From positions 1 through 35,963 of the forward strand of contig DHVL01000020.1 in NCBI GenBank assembly GCA_002412645.1: a stretch of DNA of 35,963 bases, given 5' to 3'. A model generated the notes under the pieces. That model saw only the letters and a list, made by a program, of their open reading frames with translations, was not told the DNA's origin and ran no database searches. Below, one piece after another: positions 1-8,537 of this stretch (the stretch's first letter is position 1; every line of letters begins with the position of its first letter). Both the position numbers and the translations under genes were made by a program. The DNA is from Candidatus Dojkabacteria bacterium UBA5209 (GTDB taxonomy: Bacteria; Patescibacteriota; Dojkabacteria; SC72).

Positions 1-20
1 ATTTGGCCTTATACCAGTAT

Positions 21-60
21 AAAAGGGGGAGAAGTACATGTCAATTGTATTCTACCCCCT
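21..60 (-). terminator. Rho-independent terminator candidate downstream of the 70..1086 gene
   Basis: On the minus strand GGGGGTAGAA (59..50) pairs with TTCTCCCCC (33..25) with one bulged T. The loop is 16 nt and the stem is followed by TTTT (24..21). Confidence 0.55.
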
Positions 61-69
61 ATAATTGCT

Positions 70-1086
70 TTAAGCTTGAGGTTCTTGGATAGGTGGTGGA
101 GTTGGTGCAGAAGCTTGGCTTTGCATCTCCATTGCCTTTTTAATTATTTGTTTTTTGTAAGACTTTACAATCAATACTATTAGTAATATCAATACTAATA
201 TTGCAGCTCCAGCTATTGCTATTTCTTTGATAGGAAGTACCCAGAATGTAAGTTCACTTGAGACATACTTGTCTGAATTCTCTCCGTAGTTAAGAGTTAG
301 TAATGCACTGTACCTACCAACTGTTAAACCATCTCTCTCCCACTGCTCTGTAAACTTTCTAGAGGACTCTGGCAGTACATTACCACCTGCTTCATTTACT
401 ACAAATTCATCAACTACTTTACCAAATATATTACTAATCTCTATCTTTCCAACAGGCTTAACATGGATATTACCAGTATTTTGAAGAGATATTTCAAAAT
501 CTACAGGAGGATATTGATACATATCACTACCTGTTTTAAATTCTGTAATAGTAGCAGACTCCGTAGTCTCTCCCGCTATTCTAACAAGCATAATGGAACC
601 AGATTTGGCACCTAGTGCTACTACATTACCACTATCTGTAGGATCAATTGGTTGATTACTTAGAAGTATTGCAGCATATCTACCACCAGGTTCTGCATCT
701 AATGGTACATTAATTGTAAAAGGTAATACTACACTCTCTAAAGGTTGAATCTCTAAATTGTTAACAGCGATTGTAACCCACTGTGCAAGAGAGTATGTTT
801 TGTTCTCTTCATCATCTTCTATGAATTCTTGTCCTCCATCTTCTCCTAATGCCTTAAATGAAAGAATCTGTGGATACAGAGTAATACTCTTTGTTTCATT
901 TAGGTTAGTGAATTTGATAAAATCACTGTATGAGCTACCTGGCTCTACTGTAATTTCTAAGACTGGAGGAGAAACTCTTAATTGTAAACCACTCTCTTGA
1001 GCACTGATATCCTTTACAAAAAACATACTTAAACCAAAGACCAAAAGAAAGGTTAAGAGTTTAGTAATAGGCAGATTGTTTTTCAT
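70..1086 (-). CDS. Tail-anchored cell-surface protein, CscA-like (DUF916/DUF3324-style architecture)
   Basis: Has an N-terminal signal peptide (LLVFGLSMFFVKDISAQ) and a beta-rich ectodomain starting LQLRVSPPVLEITVEPGSS. A second beta-sandwich-like half follows (GKIEISNIFGKVV...VLPESSRKFTEQWE...GRYSALLTL). The C-terminus is a TM helix plus a basic tail (KSYKKQ). It is a paralogue of 2220..3164. Confidence 0.6.
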   Translation of the reverse strand: MKNNLPITKLLTFLLVFGLSMFFVKDISAQESGLQLRVSPPVLEITVEPGSSYSDFIKFTNLNETKSITLYPQILSFKALGEDGGQEFIEDDEENKTYSLAQWVTIAVNNLEIQPLESVVLPFTINVPLDAEPGGRYAAILLSNQPIDPTDSGNVVALGAKSGSIMLVRIAGETTESATITEFKTGSDMYQYPPVDFEISLQNTGNIHVKPVGKIEISNIFGKVVDEFVVNEAGGNVLPESSRKFTEQWERDGLTVGRYSALLTLNYGENSDKYVSSELTFWVLPIKEIAIAGAAILVLILLIVLIVKSYKKQIIKKAMEMQSQASAPTPPPIQEPQA

Positions 1087-1108
1087 TACCTTAAAAATAA
1101 ATTTAATA

Positions 1109-2170
1109 TTAATAGTTAGCAGTCACAACTATTGTAGCAACCTGAGCATAACTACCTGCAGGTGTAGCACCAGATACTGATGCTAAATGGCACATAGTTG
1201 TCACATCGGAACTAATAGGGCCAGTAGCAGATGCAAACCGTTGAGCAGATGTACTTAATGCAGATGCTGGTTGTGAAGTACCAGTATCATTATCTGTACA
1301 AGCAGTATTTTGAACAATTGTTTGACCTGATTTAGAGGTACCAACTCCATACTCCTCAGCTCCTTTTACTACTGTACCACTAGCAGCATTAGCAATTGAG
1401 TTAACAGAATTTCTTAATTGACCATCAGCAACAATAGTTGAAAGATATCCATTCAAAGCATTCGTTGAAACTGTTACATTGTATTGACAAGTCTGTATAT
1501 ATGTAGAGGAAAGAACTCCAAGTGCACATGTATTAGAACTGATTACAACATCTAATGTAGGATCTACAGAAGCTGAGATATCAATCTGATCATCAGACAC
1601 TATCACTACAGCAGCGCTACCTGTATCACCAAATGTTCCTGTAATACCGATATCATATGTACCAGCTGATGCAGGATTGGTAATTTGGTTTATACCACCC
1701 GAAGCATGAGTACCAATTAATACTCTTACACATCTCCCTGCTGCAATCTCACCTGTTGTTGCATTTGTTGGAGCAGTTAGGGTAATTGTACCAGCACCAT
1801 TGTTAACAGCAACCCCCCAAACAGAGGCTCCTGCTGCTGATGCTAATGTTTTACTTGTAGGTGTACCTGTACAAACTCCAGTATTATATACAAGTAAATC
1901 AATATCCCCAAAAACAATATTAGTTAAACCAAAATTAGGAGAAGCAGTATTAAAACCTAATACAACTGTCTGAGATGCACTATTTACACCCGTAGGTGTT
2001 ACAAATTCAATTGTATGATTTGCAGCAACACCCTGCTGTATTCTACTTAATGTATCAGATATACCACTTAAAAATCCTGCGTTTGCATCTTTAGTGAAAT
2101 ATGTAATACCAATTGCAAATACAAAAATGCCTAGTAATATTGTAGGTAAAAAGAAAAATTTGTTTCTCAT
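1109..2170 (-). CDS. Secreted Thr/Ser/Gly/Ala-rich beta-rich protein (putative surface or fibre subunit)
   Basis: Signal peptide ends ...YFTKDANA. The protein has no other TM segment and a low-complexity, beta-prone composition. The C-terminal strand is AGSYAQVATIVVTANY. The central stretch VSTNALNGYLSTIV parallels SSGAAHGYVVTVY in 3146..3910. Confidence 0.5.
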   Translation of the reverse strand: MRNKFFFLPTILLGIFVFAIGITYFTKDANAGFLSGISDTLSRIQQGVAANHTIEFVTPTGVNSASQTVVLGFNTASPNFGLTNIVFGDIDLLVYNTGVCTGTPTSKTLASAAGASVWGVAVNNGAGTITLTAPTNATTGEIAAGRCVRVLIGTHASGGINQITNPASAGTYDIGITGTFGDTGSAAVVIVSDDQIDISASVDPTLDVVISSNTCALGVLSSTYIQTCQYNVTVSTNALNGYLSTIVADGQLRNSVNSIANAASGTVVKGAEEYGVGTSKSGQTIVQNTACTDNDTGTSQPASALSTSAQRFASATGPISSDVTTMCHLASVSGATPAGSYAQVATIVVTANY

Positions 2171-2219
2171 ATGTGTTTAATAATAAATATATCTATTTTA
2201 ATTTACCGATATAAGATTT

Positions 2220-3164
2220 CTAAGTCAAGCTTTTAGGCTTCTTTCTTAACAAAAAGATTATAAAAATTAAACATATTAATATGAGAGTACCCAAGAGATA
2301 AATATTGATATATACAAAGTAGAAAGGATTACTACTAGTTAGCACTTGGGCATTAACATCTTCAAAATACATATCATATATATCTACCTGTGCTTTGTAT
2401 ACACCAAAAATAGACTCACTCTCCCAAGATATTAGGCTATCACCAGTATAGAAACCGTATTCATCCATAATTACACGAGAGGACTGAGCGAGAATATTTT
2501 GTGGTACTAATTCTCTAAAATACTCTTTTTGAGTAATAATGTTTTTAATTTCTACTTTACCAAAGGATTTAATCTTTCTAAAACCAGTATTCTCAATCTC
2601 TAGTTTAAATTTAATAGGATTAAACATATTGAAACGATTACCACTAAACTCCTTAACTTGAGCTTGCATCTGAGGAAGAGCTCCATCCATTACAGAAATA
2701 AGCAGGGGTATTTCTATTGCACCAGATACTGCGGCTCCCCTCTGCTCTTCACTTGCTTTCTCTAGTGCAACAGTAAGGTAGTAATCTCCTAAACTTACAT
2801 CTTCGGGAATATCTACCACTATCTTCACTTTCTTTTCTGTATCTAGTTCAAAAGAGAACTCGTTAGGTTCAAAAGATATCCAATCTAGAGCAATCTCATC
2901 ATCCATGGAGGATGCAAATCTACCATACTCATCTAATATGTTTAGACCATATACCTTAAGTGTATATGGTTGACCTCCTGTTCCCCTTAGTACTATCTGA
3001 TGCTCTATTCTTTCTCCTGGTTTACTCTCTATTTCTAATATCGCAGGAAATATCTGGAAATCAATCGTATTAGCATATACCCCTCCCTTACTAAGAGTAA
3101 GTATTAAGAGTAGTACTAGTATCTGTAATATATATTTTTTCATATTTAAAATGTTCCTGTACAT
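2220..3164 (-). CDS. Tail-anchored cell-surface protein, CscA-like paralogue
   Basis: Has a signal peptide and an ectodomain starting FQIFPAILEIESKPGERIEHQIVL. A second half follows (GKVEIKNIITQKEY...ILAQSSRVIMDEY...GVYKAQVDI). The C-terminus is a TM helix plus RKKPKSLT. The layout matches 70..1086. Confidence 0.6.
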   Translation of the reverse strand: MYRNILNMKKYILQILVLLLILTLSKGGVYANTIDFQIFPAILEIESKPGERIEHQIVLRGTGGQPYTLKVYGLNILDEYGRFASSMDDEIALDWISFEPNEFSFELDTEKKVKIVVDIPEDVSLGDYYLTVALEKASEEQRGAAVSGAIEIPLLISVMDGALPQMQAQVKEFSGNRFNMFNPIKFKLEIENTGFRKIKSFGKVEIKNIITQKEYFRELVPQNILAQSSRVIMDEYGFYTGDSLISWESESIFGVYKAQVDIYDMYFEDVNAQVLTSSNPFYFVYINIYLLGTLILICLIFIIFLLRKKPKSLT

Positions 3165-3910
3165 CTAAAAACAATACCGTTACCGTAGTAACCGGAGTCT
3201 TGCATAGAACCAATATTAACTTTGTAATACAATCTTGCAGAAGAGCTACGAGTAACACCACTGTTTTGCATAATAGGTTGAGGATCTTCACCATTAGACA
3301 TATCTGCAAACTGCTTATACCCACTTGTAAAAGTTGCATCTGTACCTACTAGATTACTCATCCTATATCCAAATCCATATGTAGTACTTAATTCCCACAT
3401 ACCTGCTTGAGAGTATGTAATATCACTATTATCCCCAACTGTATCCTCTATATACTGCCCAGGAGTATCAAGATTCTCTAACTTCTTAGTCTCATATACA
3501 GTCACTACATACCCATGAGCAGCACCAGAGCTTACCACTAGGTCTGTATATGCCATTTGAGGAACATTGTTTACCAGTGAGCTGAAATTAAAACTAATAG
3601 GTGAATCTATCGTAAAACTAAAGGGTATTAAACTGTAGTAATATCCAAAACCAGCTAATATTTTGTAATTTTCAGAAGTATATACATCTGTGCCTAACTG
3701 TCCTCCTGTATCTACCATATAGAAGGATTCAGAAGAGGATGTATCTGCAAAGTTGTTTACAGTTCCCCATCCTAACTTAGCACTTTCACTAATAGCTTCA
3801 AATGAGTATGTACTGTTAGATGAGAGTAATACCAAAAGAAAAGAGATTAGAAATATTGGTAGTAGATACATATTTTTAAAGACTTTTGAGCTTTGAATAC
3901 CATTAATCAT
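3146..3910 (-). CDS. Secreted beta-rich protein (putative surface subunit)
   Basis: Has a signal peptide (LLVLLSSNSTYS) and an aromatic/Gly/Ser/Thr-rich sequence. It contains one W-x-L tripeptide (MWELSTTYGFGY) and ends YYGNGIVFRCTGTF. It overlaps the next gene by 19 nt. An alternative start at Met14 is possible. Confidence 0.5.
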   Translation of the reverse strand: MINGIQSSKVFKNMYLLPIFLISFLLVLLSSNSTYSFEAISESAKLGWGTVNNFADTSSSESFYMVDTGGQLGTDVYTSENYKILAGFGYYYSLIPFSFTIDSPISFNFSSLVNNVPQMAYTDLVVSSGAAHGYVVTVYETKKLENLDTPGQYIEDTVGDNSDITYSQAGMWELSTTYGFGYRMSNLVGTDATFTSGYKQFADMSNGEDPQPIMQNSGVTRSSSARLYYKVNIGSMQDSGYYGNGIVFRCTGTF

Positions 3911-3991
3911 ATCTACAGTTTATCACAACTATCTCTCACCAATATATTTAAATATGTTAAACTAAAATATTAATATCTTTTTTGAATAAAT

Positions 3992-4168
3992 ATGAGCAGA
4001 ACAAAAGATGCATCAAGCAATGCCGTATATGGATTAGGATTCATAGGAGCTGCAATATATTACATATCAACTGCTACTACATTCTGGATTGGAGTAGTTG
4101 GTTTACTTAAAGCAATGGTATGGCCAGCATTCTTAGTATATGAACTCTTGAAATATCTAGTAGGTTAA
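3992..4168 (+). CDS. Small (58 aa) two-TM membrane protein, not in the supplied ORF track
   Basis: My own translation is MSRTKDASSNAVYGLGFIGAAIYYISTATTFWIGVVGLLKAMVWPAFLVYELLKYLVG*. It has two hydrophobic helices. The YGLGFIGA...FW.G..G.LKA.VWPAFLVY pattern resembles a small conserved bacterial membrane-protein family, recalled from memory only. Confidence 0.45.
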   Translation: MSRTKDASSNAVYGLGFIGAAIYYISTATTFWIGVVGLLKAMVWPAFLVYELLKYLVG

Positions 4169-4274
4169 AAGTATAAAAATTAATAGAGTACTTAGAAATG
4201 ATACTACTCGCTGGTACATCCTTACTTGGCATCTTAGAAATTAACCATGTAATATTAGCTTTAATCCCATATCT

Positions 4275-4670
4275 ATGAAAAGAACAGTAATAATAGTAGT
4301 AATATCTATAATAGTAATACCAGTAGTAATACTAATATCACAAATACTACCAGCAAAAAGTGATGGACAACTTTACACCCCAATACAACAACCAGAGGTA
4401 CAAGAAGAAAGAGAGTACGAAACTAAAACAATACACATCTCTATAATAGGATACGCATACTCACCATCACAAGTAATCATAAACAAAGGTGATAGGGTGG
4501 TATGGACTAATCAAGATAGTGTAAGGCATGATGTAAATGGTGATGGTATAGAAGGCCCATTACTTTCAAAAGGAGAAACATTCAGCTATACATTCACAGA
4601 AGCAGGTACATACAACTATATATGTACACCACATCCATACATGAAAGGTTTAATCATTGTAGTTGAGTAG
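4275..4670 (+). CDS. Membrane-anchored type-1 blue copper protein, amicyanin-like cupredoxin
   Basis: Has an N-terminal TM anchor. An upstream His ligand candidate sits in DSVRHDV. The C-terminal ligand loop GTYNYICTPHPYMKGLIIVVE has Cys-x2-His-x2-Met spacing, as in amicyanin (CTPHPFM). Confidence 0.8.
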   Translation: MKRTVIIVVISIIVIPVVILISQILPAKSDGQLYTPIQQPEVQEEREYETKTIHISIIGYAYSPSQVIINKGDRVVWTNQDSVRHDVNGDGIEGPLLSKGETFSYTFTEAGTYNYICTPHPYMKGLIIVVE

Positions 4671-4673
4671 GAT

Positions 4674-5348
4674 TTAATACACAGCCTTACTAAATACATC
4701 CCCTACTTCAGGTAGTGAAGCACCAAACTCTCCACTTACAAATTGAAGCTGAGTCTTCTGTTCATCTAAATACTTAAACTGTAAGTTGATCTGCTCCTCT
4801 AATCTAAGATCTTCACCAGAGAAAGTGAAATACAAATTTTCACCACTCTCTACAAAAACACCACTTACAACAGTTTCTCCATAAGGGAGTGTAACTTGCA
4901 TATTAAAAAGCTCTTTCCCCCTATCCAACTCTATCTTTAATTCCTTAAAACCTAAGAATATATCATTAGCATCATACAGCTCTCTACTGTTTACAAATAT
5001 CTCTGCTTTTTCTACATCTACACTCTCTACAACAGGAGTATCATCCATTTGTATCTGTTCATTCTCTACCTTAGTACCTTTAGAAAATGGATTCTCTACT
5101 CCAACAACTAACCTGTCTGTAAAGAAAAGGAATATGAAAAGAGAGATCATTACGAAGACCATAACTAAAAGGACCATATTTAGAAGCTTCGCTCTCTTTA
5201 ACTCTTTCATATCAGCACCCTCCAAGACTTCCTCTTGTTCAATCTCTACATCTACAGTAGGAACAGATTCTAACTCCCCTTCTGTATTACTGTCACTCTC
5301 CAGAGTTCCTTCTTGAGCTTTTCTTAGTTTTTCAAATTTGTCTTCCAT
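4674..5348 (-). CDS. Single-pass membrane protein with acidic N-terminus, unknown function
   Basis: Long ORF with an acidic cytoplasmic head, one TM helix (LLNMVLLVMVFVMISLFIFLFF) and a ~140-aa C-terminal domain. I recognise no motif. Confidence 0.55.
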   Translation of the reverse strand: MEDKFEKLRKAQEGTLESDSNTEGELESVPTVDVEIEQEEVLEGADMKELKRAKLLNMVLLVMVFVMISLFIFLFFTDRLVVGVENPFSKGTKVENEQIQMDDTPVVESVDVEKAEIFVNSRELYDANDIFLGFKELKIELDRGKELFNMQVTLPYGETVVSGVFVESGENLYFTFSGEDLRLEEQINLQFKYLDEQKTQLQFVSGEFGASLPEVGDVFSKAVY

Positions 5349-5521
5349 ACGAAAAGGATATCAAATAAGAATATGAACGACAATATTACTATACTAATGC
5401 AGTATAGCTAGATATTACATACTCTTTCTTCAACCTTCTGTGTACTCATAGAAAATTTCCCTTGTTATTTAGCCCTTAAAGACATATCATGTGTAATATA
5501 TATTTTTAGTACAAAAACGAT

Positions 5522-6025
5522 ATGAGAATATTCTCAAACGATAACGATAAATACTCTGGAAGAAGAAAAAGTAGATTCGATAATGATAATAGGGGAAGAT
5601 CAAATAGATCTGACAGAGGTTCTGTGACAATGTATGACGCAGTTTGCGATGAATGTGGCAAAGACTGTAAAGTACCATTTAGACCAAGTGGAGAGAAACC
5701 AATATATTGTAGTAGCTGTTTTGAAAAACAGGGTAATGGTATACCTAGGGGAAATAACAGAGATTCAAGAGATTTCCAAAATAAAGAGATGTTCAGTGCA
5801 GTATGTGATGATTGTGGTAATGATTGTAAAGTACCTTTTAGACCAAGTAATGATAAACCAATATATTGTAGTAGCTGTTTTGAAAAGAGAGGAAACTCTC
5901 ATGAGGGTGGAAGTGGTCCTAAGAGTAATCTTCAACTAGAGGAAGTAAATGAGAAACTAGATAGGATCTTAAAGCTTTTAGAGAGTAAACCTGTAAAGAA
6001 AGTTGAAGAAGTAATAGAAGAATAG
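5522..6025 (+). CDS. Tandem CxxC-x17-CxxC zinc-finger protein with Arg/Ser/Asn-rich N-terminus
   Basis: CDECGKDCKVPFRPSGEKPIYCSSCF and CDDCGNDCKVPFRPSNDKPIYCSSCF each have exactly CxxC-17-CxxC spacing. The two copies are 159 nt apart, starting at 5630 and 5789. The N-terminal RRKSRFDNDNRGRSNRSDRG looks like a nucleic-acid-binding tail. Confidence 0.8.
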   Translation: MRIFSNDNDKYSGRRKSRFDNDNRGRSNRSDRGSVTMYDAVCDECGKDCKVPFRPSGEKPIYCSSCFEKQGNGIPRGNNRDSRDFQNKEMFSAVCDDCGNDCKVPFRPSNDKPIYCSSCFEKRGNSHEGGSGPKSNLQLEEVNEKLDRILKLLESKPVKKVEEVIEE

Positions 6026-6036
6026 TCTTTACAATA

Positions 6037-6738
6037 TTACGATATTAATTCTGTATAACTAGATACTACGCTATCAGCTAAAGTATATACAAAATCATCA
6101 TTCCAACCCTCATTTAAAATACCTACAGTAAATAAACCAGCACCCTTAGCAGATTGTAAACCATAGAAGGAATCCTCAAAAGCTAAACACTCATCCTTAC
6201 CTAAACCAGTATATTCAATACCCTTGAGAAAAGCTTCCGGATTTGGTTTACCCTTAATAACCATATTTCTGTCAAAGACGGTTTCAAAGTAATCAAATAT
6301 TTTAAAATGAGTAAGCATTCTTTCTACATGCTCTGCACGAGATGATGTCACAACAATATTTCTCTTACCACTATCCTTAAAATGTTTCAAGAATTCTTCA
6401 ATACCAGGAATTAAGTAAACCTCTTCTTCTAGTTTCTCCTCTATTAATCTCTTTTTGTTTTCATAGAAGAGAGTATTAATCTCTTTGGGAGAAAAATCAT
6501 TAATACCATGAGCACCTAAATACTCTGTTAAACCATTTACAGACCCTCTACCTGATACATATTTCATAAAGTCCTCTCTAGTAAAATCTAGATTAAACAT
6601 CTGTTTAAAAACAATTGCAAAAGCATCAACATTCAACATATCCAAATTTACTAATGTACCATCAAAATCAAACAAAAAGGCTTTTGTATTAAGTATTCTT
6701 TCTTTTACTATTTCTGGACTAACCCTACTCTCTCTCAT
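6037..6738 (-). CDS. HAD-superfamily hydrolase (beta-phosphoglucomutase/phosphatase-like)
   Basis: Motif I is FLFDFDGTLVN, motif II is VVTSS, motif III is KGKPNPEAF and motif IV is FEDSFYGLQSAKGAG. Confidence 0.85.
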   Translation of the reverse strand: MRESRVSPEIVKERILNTKAFLFDFDGTLVNLDMLNVDAFAIVFKQMFNLDFTREDFMKYVSGRGSVNGLTEYLGAHGINDFSPKEINTLFYENKKRLIEEKLEEEVYLIPGIEEFLKHFKDSGKRNIVVTSSRAEHVERMLTHFKIFDYFETVFDRNMVIKGKPNPEAFLKGIEYTGLGKDECLAFEDSFYGLQSAKGAGLFTVGILNEGWNDDFVYTLADSVVSSYTELIS

Positions 6739-6832
6739 ATATATGTATCTATTAACTAATTCCTACATCTTACTATCTAAGCTAATACCTATCAACCTTA
6801 GTATAAAAAAGAGTGCATATCTAAGGGATATT

Positions 6833-6841
6833 TGGTATAAT
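6833..6841 (+). promoter_or_regulatory. Extended -10 promoter element TGGTATAAT
   Basis: An exact TGnTATAAT sits in the intergenic region. It overlaps the first ATG (6840) of the 6840..7166 ORF, so the next in-frame ATG at 6873 is the more plausible start. Confidence 0.4.
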
Positions 6842-6872
6842 GAAGTTCATTTTAGTTTTTAAATATATCGAT

Positions 6873-7166
6873 ATGCCAATGCTATATACACAAACGGGGA
6901 AACAAATATGGTATCCTACAGAATCTACACCACCAACATGTGGAGGTACAAAACAAACACAGGAGCAAAAGCTTCAAATTAGACAGGATAAAACCATAGA
7001 AGCTACAGCAAGAGCTATGACATTTGGATTAAGTGAAGAAGAAATAAATGAGGTAATCCAAAAGAATGCACAGTGTGTAGAAATGGATCCTTCTGAACTA
7101 GAATCTTTAGCAAAAGGATACCTTGAATATATGGAGAGTGAGAAGAACTCCATAGAGAGAGAGTAA
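6873..7166 (+). CDS. Small hypothetical protein (97 aa from the second in-frame ATG)
   Basis: This is an ORF in an otherwise empty interval with no recognisable motif. I moved the start from 6840 to 6873 because of the overlapping -10 box. Confidence 0.35.
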   Translation: MPMLYTQTGKQIWYPTESTPPTCGGTKQTQEQKLQIRQDKTIEATARAMTFGLSEEEINEVIQKNAQCVEMDPSELESLAKGYLEYMESEKNSIERE

Positions 7167-7194
7167 GAATATATTAGGTATTCTAGGCAATAGG

Positions 7195-7203
7195 TGGTAT
7201 AAT
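7195..7203 (+). promoter_or_regulatory. Extended -10 promoter element TGGTATAAT upstream of the DEAD-box helicase
   Basis: An exact TGnTATAAT lies about 113 nt upstream of the ATG at 7317, implying a long 5' UTR. Confidence 0.4.
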
Positions 7204-7316
7204 CAATCTTGTTTGATAGATTTAAACGAAATAATCGCCCCATATCCATTAAAAGGTTAAATATTTTATTTTCGGTTACCTCTATAAACTGAAGATAAAA
7301 TTAAATATTAACTAAC

Positions 7317-8537
7317 ATGGAAAATAATTCCAGAAGAAATTACGGCTCAAATAGTCGTTACAACAGAAGAAGACCTTCGTATAGAAGCTCCTCATACAGC
7401 AATAGCAGAAGAGGTGGTGGATATAATAGAAGAGGTAGCACAATCAATGTTAACCAATTGATTGCTAAAGCAGTATATGAAGATTTACCAAGTATATATG
7501 TATTAGATCATAATCTCTTAGAGTTTAATCTAACAAAAGAGCTTAAGAAGAATATTACATACAAAAAATATACAAGCCCTACTAAGATTCAATATGAGGC
7601 AATACCTCATATATTGAATGGTAGAGATATCTTAGGTATGGCAAGCACAGGTTCAGGTAAAACTGCTGCTTTCTTAATACCAATGATAAACAAGGGAGTA
7701 CATGATAGAAGTCAGAGATTCCTAATAGTAGTACCTACTAGAGAATTAGCTATGCAAATTCAAGAGGAATTCATGCAGTTAGCTAGAAATACAGGTCTTA
7801 GATCTGTGTTAGTAATAGGAGGTAATAGTATAGGAGCACAAATAGGAATACTTAGAAGAGATCCCGATTTTGTTATTGCTACACCGGGAAGATTAAAAGA
7901 TTTAACAGAAAGAAAGGCCATCAACCTATCAAAAATAAATAATGTCGTTTTAGACGAAGTGGATAGGATGCTTGATATGGGTTTCATTGATGATATACGA
8001 TTTATAACTTCCCAGTTAAGTGATAATAAACAATCTCTCTTCTTCTCTGCAACTATGAATAGAAAGTCCGAAGAGATAGCAAACACACTACTTAAAAACC
8101 CTGTAAGGATAGAAGTAGAGAAACAATCTCCAGGAAAGAATGTAGATCAAGATGTTGTAAGATTAAAAGAGGGAGAAAACAAATTCAATGTACTTTGTGA
8201 ATATCTAAGCAAAGATGAATTTAAAAAGGTATTACTCTTTACAAGAACAAAGAGAGAAGCAGAGAATCTCTCTAGGAAGCTTTTTGACAAAGGAGTAAAA
8301 GTAAATGCATTACACGGAGATAAGAGACAAGCACAAAGAACAAGGATAATAGATGCCTTTAAAAAAGATAACCTTAATATACTAGTAGCTACAGATGTAG
8401 CATCAAGAGGATTGGACGTAAATAACATAACACACGTAATAAATTACGATATTCCAGAAAACTACGATGATTACATCCATAGAATTGGTAGAACAGGTAG
8501 AGCAGGTAAAAAAGGAATAGCACTTACCTTTGTTTAA
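7317..8537 (+). CDS. DEAD-box ATP-dependent RNA helicase with RS/RGG-rich N-terminal extension
   Basis: Q motif PTKIQYEAIP, motif I ASTGSGKT, Ia PTRELA, II DEVD, III SAT, V ARGLDV, VI HRIGRTGRAG. The N-terminus is RRNYGSNSRYNRRRPSYRSSSYSNSRRGGGYNRRG. Confidence 0.92.
   Translation: MENNSRRNYGSNSRYNRRRPSYRSSSYSNSRRGGGYNRRGSTINVNQLIAKAVYEDLPSIYVLDHNLLEFNLTKELKKNITYKKYTSPTKIQYEAIPHILNGRDILGMASTGSGKTAAFLIPMINKGVHDRSQRFLIVVPTRELAMQIQEEFMQLARNTGLRSVLVIGGNSIGAQIGILRRDPDFVIATPGRLKDLTERKAINLSKINNVVLDEVDRMLDMGFIDDIRFITSQLSDNKQSLFFSATMNRKSEEIANTLLKNPVRIEVEKQSPGKNVDQDVVRLKEGENKFNVLCEYLSKDEFKKVLLFTRTKREAENLSRKLFDKGVKVNALHGDKRQAQRTRIIDAFKKDNLNILVATDVASRGLDVNNITHVINYDIPENYDDYIHRIGRTGRAGKKGIALTFV

Noticed and set aside
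3091-3339. 82-aa minus-strand ORF overlapping the 3146..3910 / 2220..3164 junction
   Set aside because: It lies in a different frame within two better-supported secreted-protein genes, and I see no independent signal.
4198-4278. 26-codon micro-ORF (MILLAGTSLLGILEINHVILALIPYL) whose TGA overlaps the cupredoxin ATG
   Set aside because: It is too short to support from sequence alone. I mention it only as a possible upstream or leader peptide in the cupredoxin finding.
5634-5939. Alternative-frame 101-aa ORF inside the CxxC-x17-CxxC gene, and the 63-aa minus ORF 5487..5678
   Set aside because: They overlap a CDS with a precise duplicated zinc-finger signature, and the frame is kept open only by the internal duplication.
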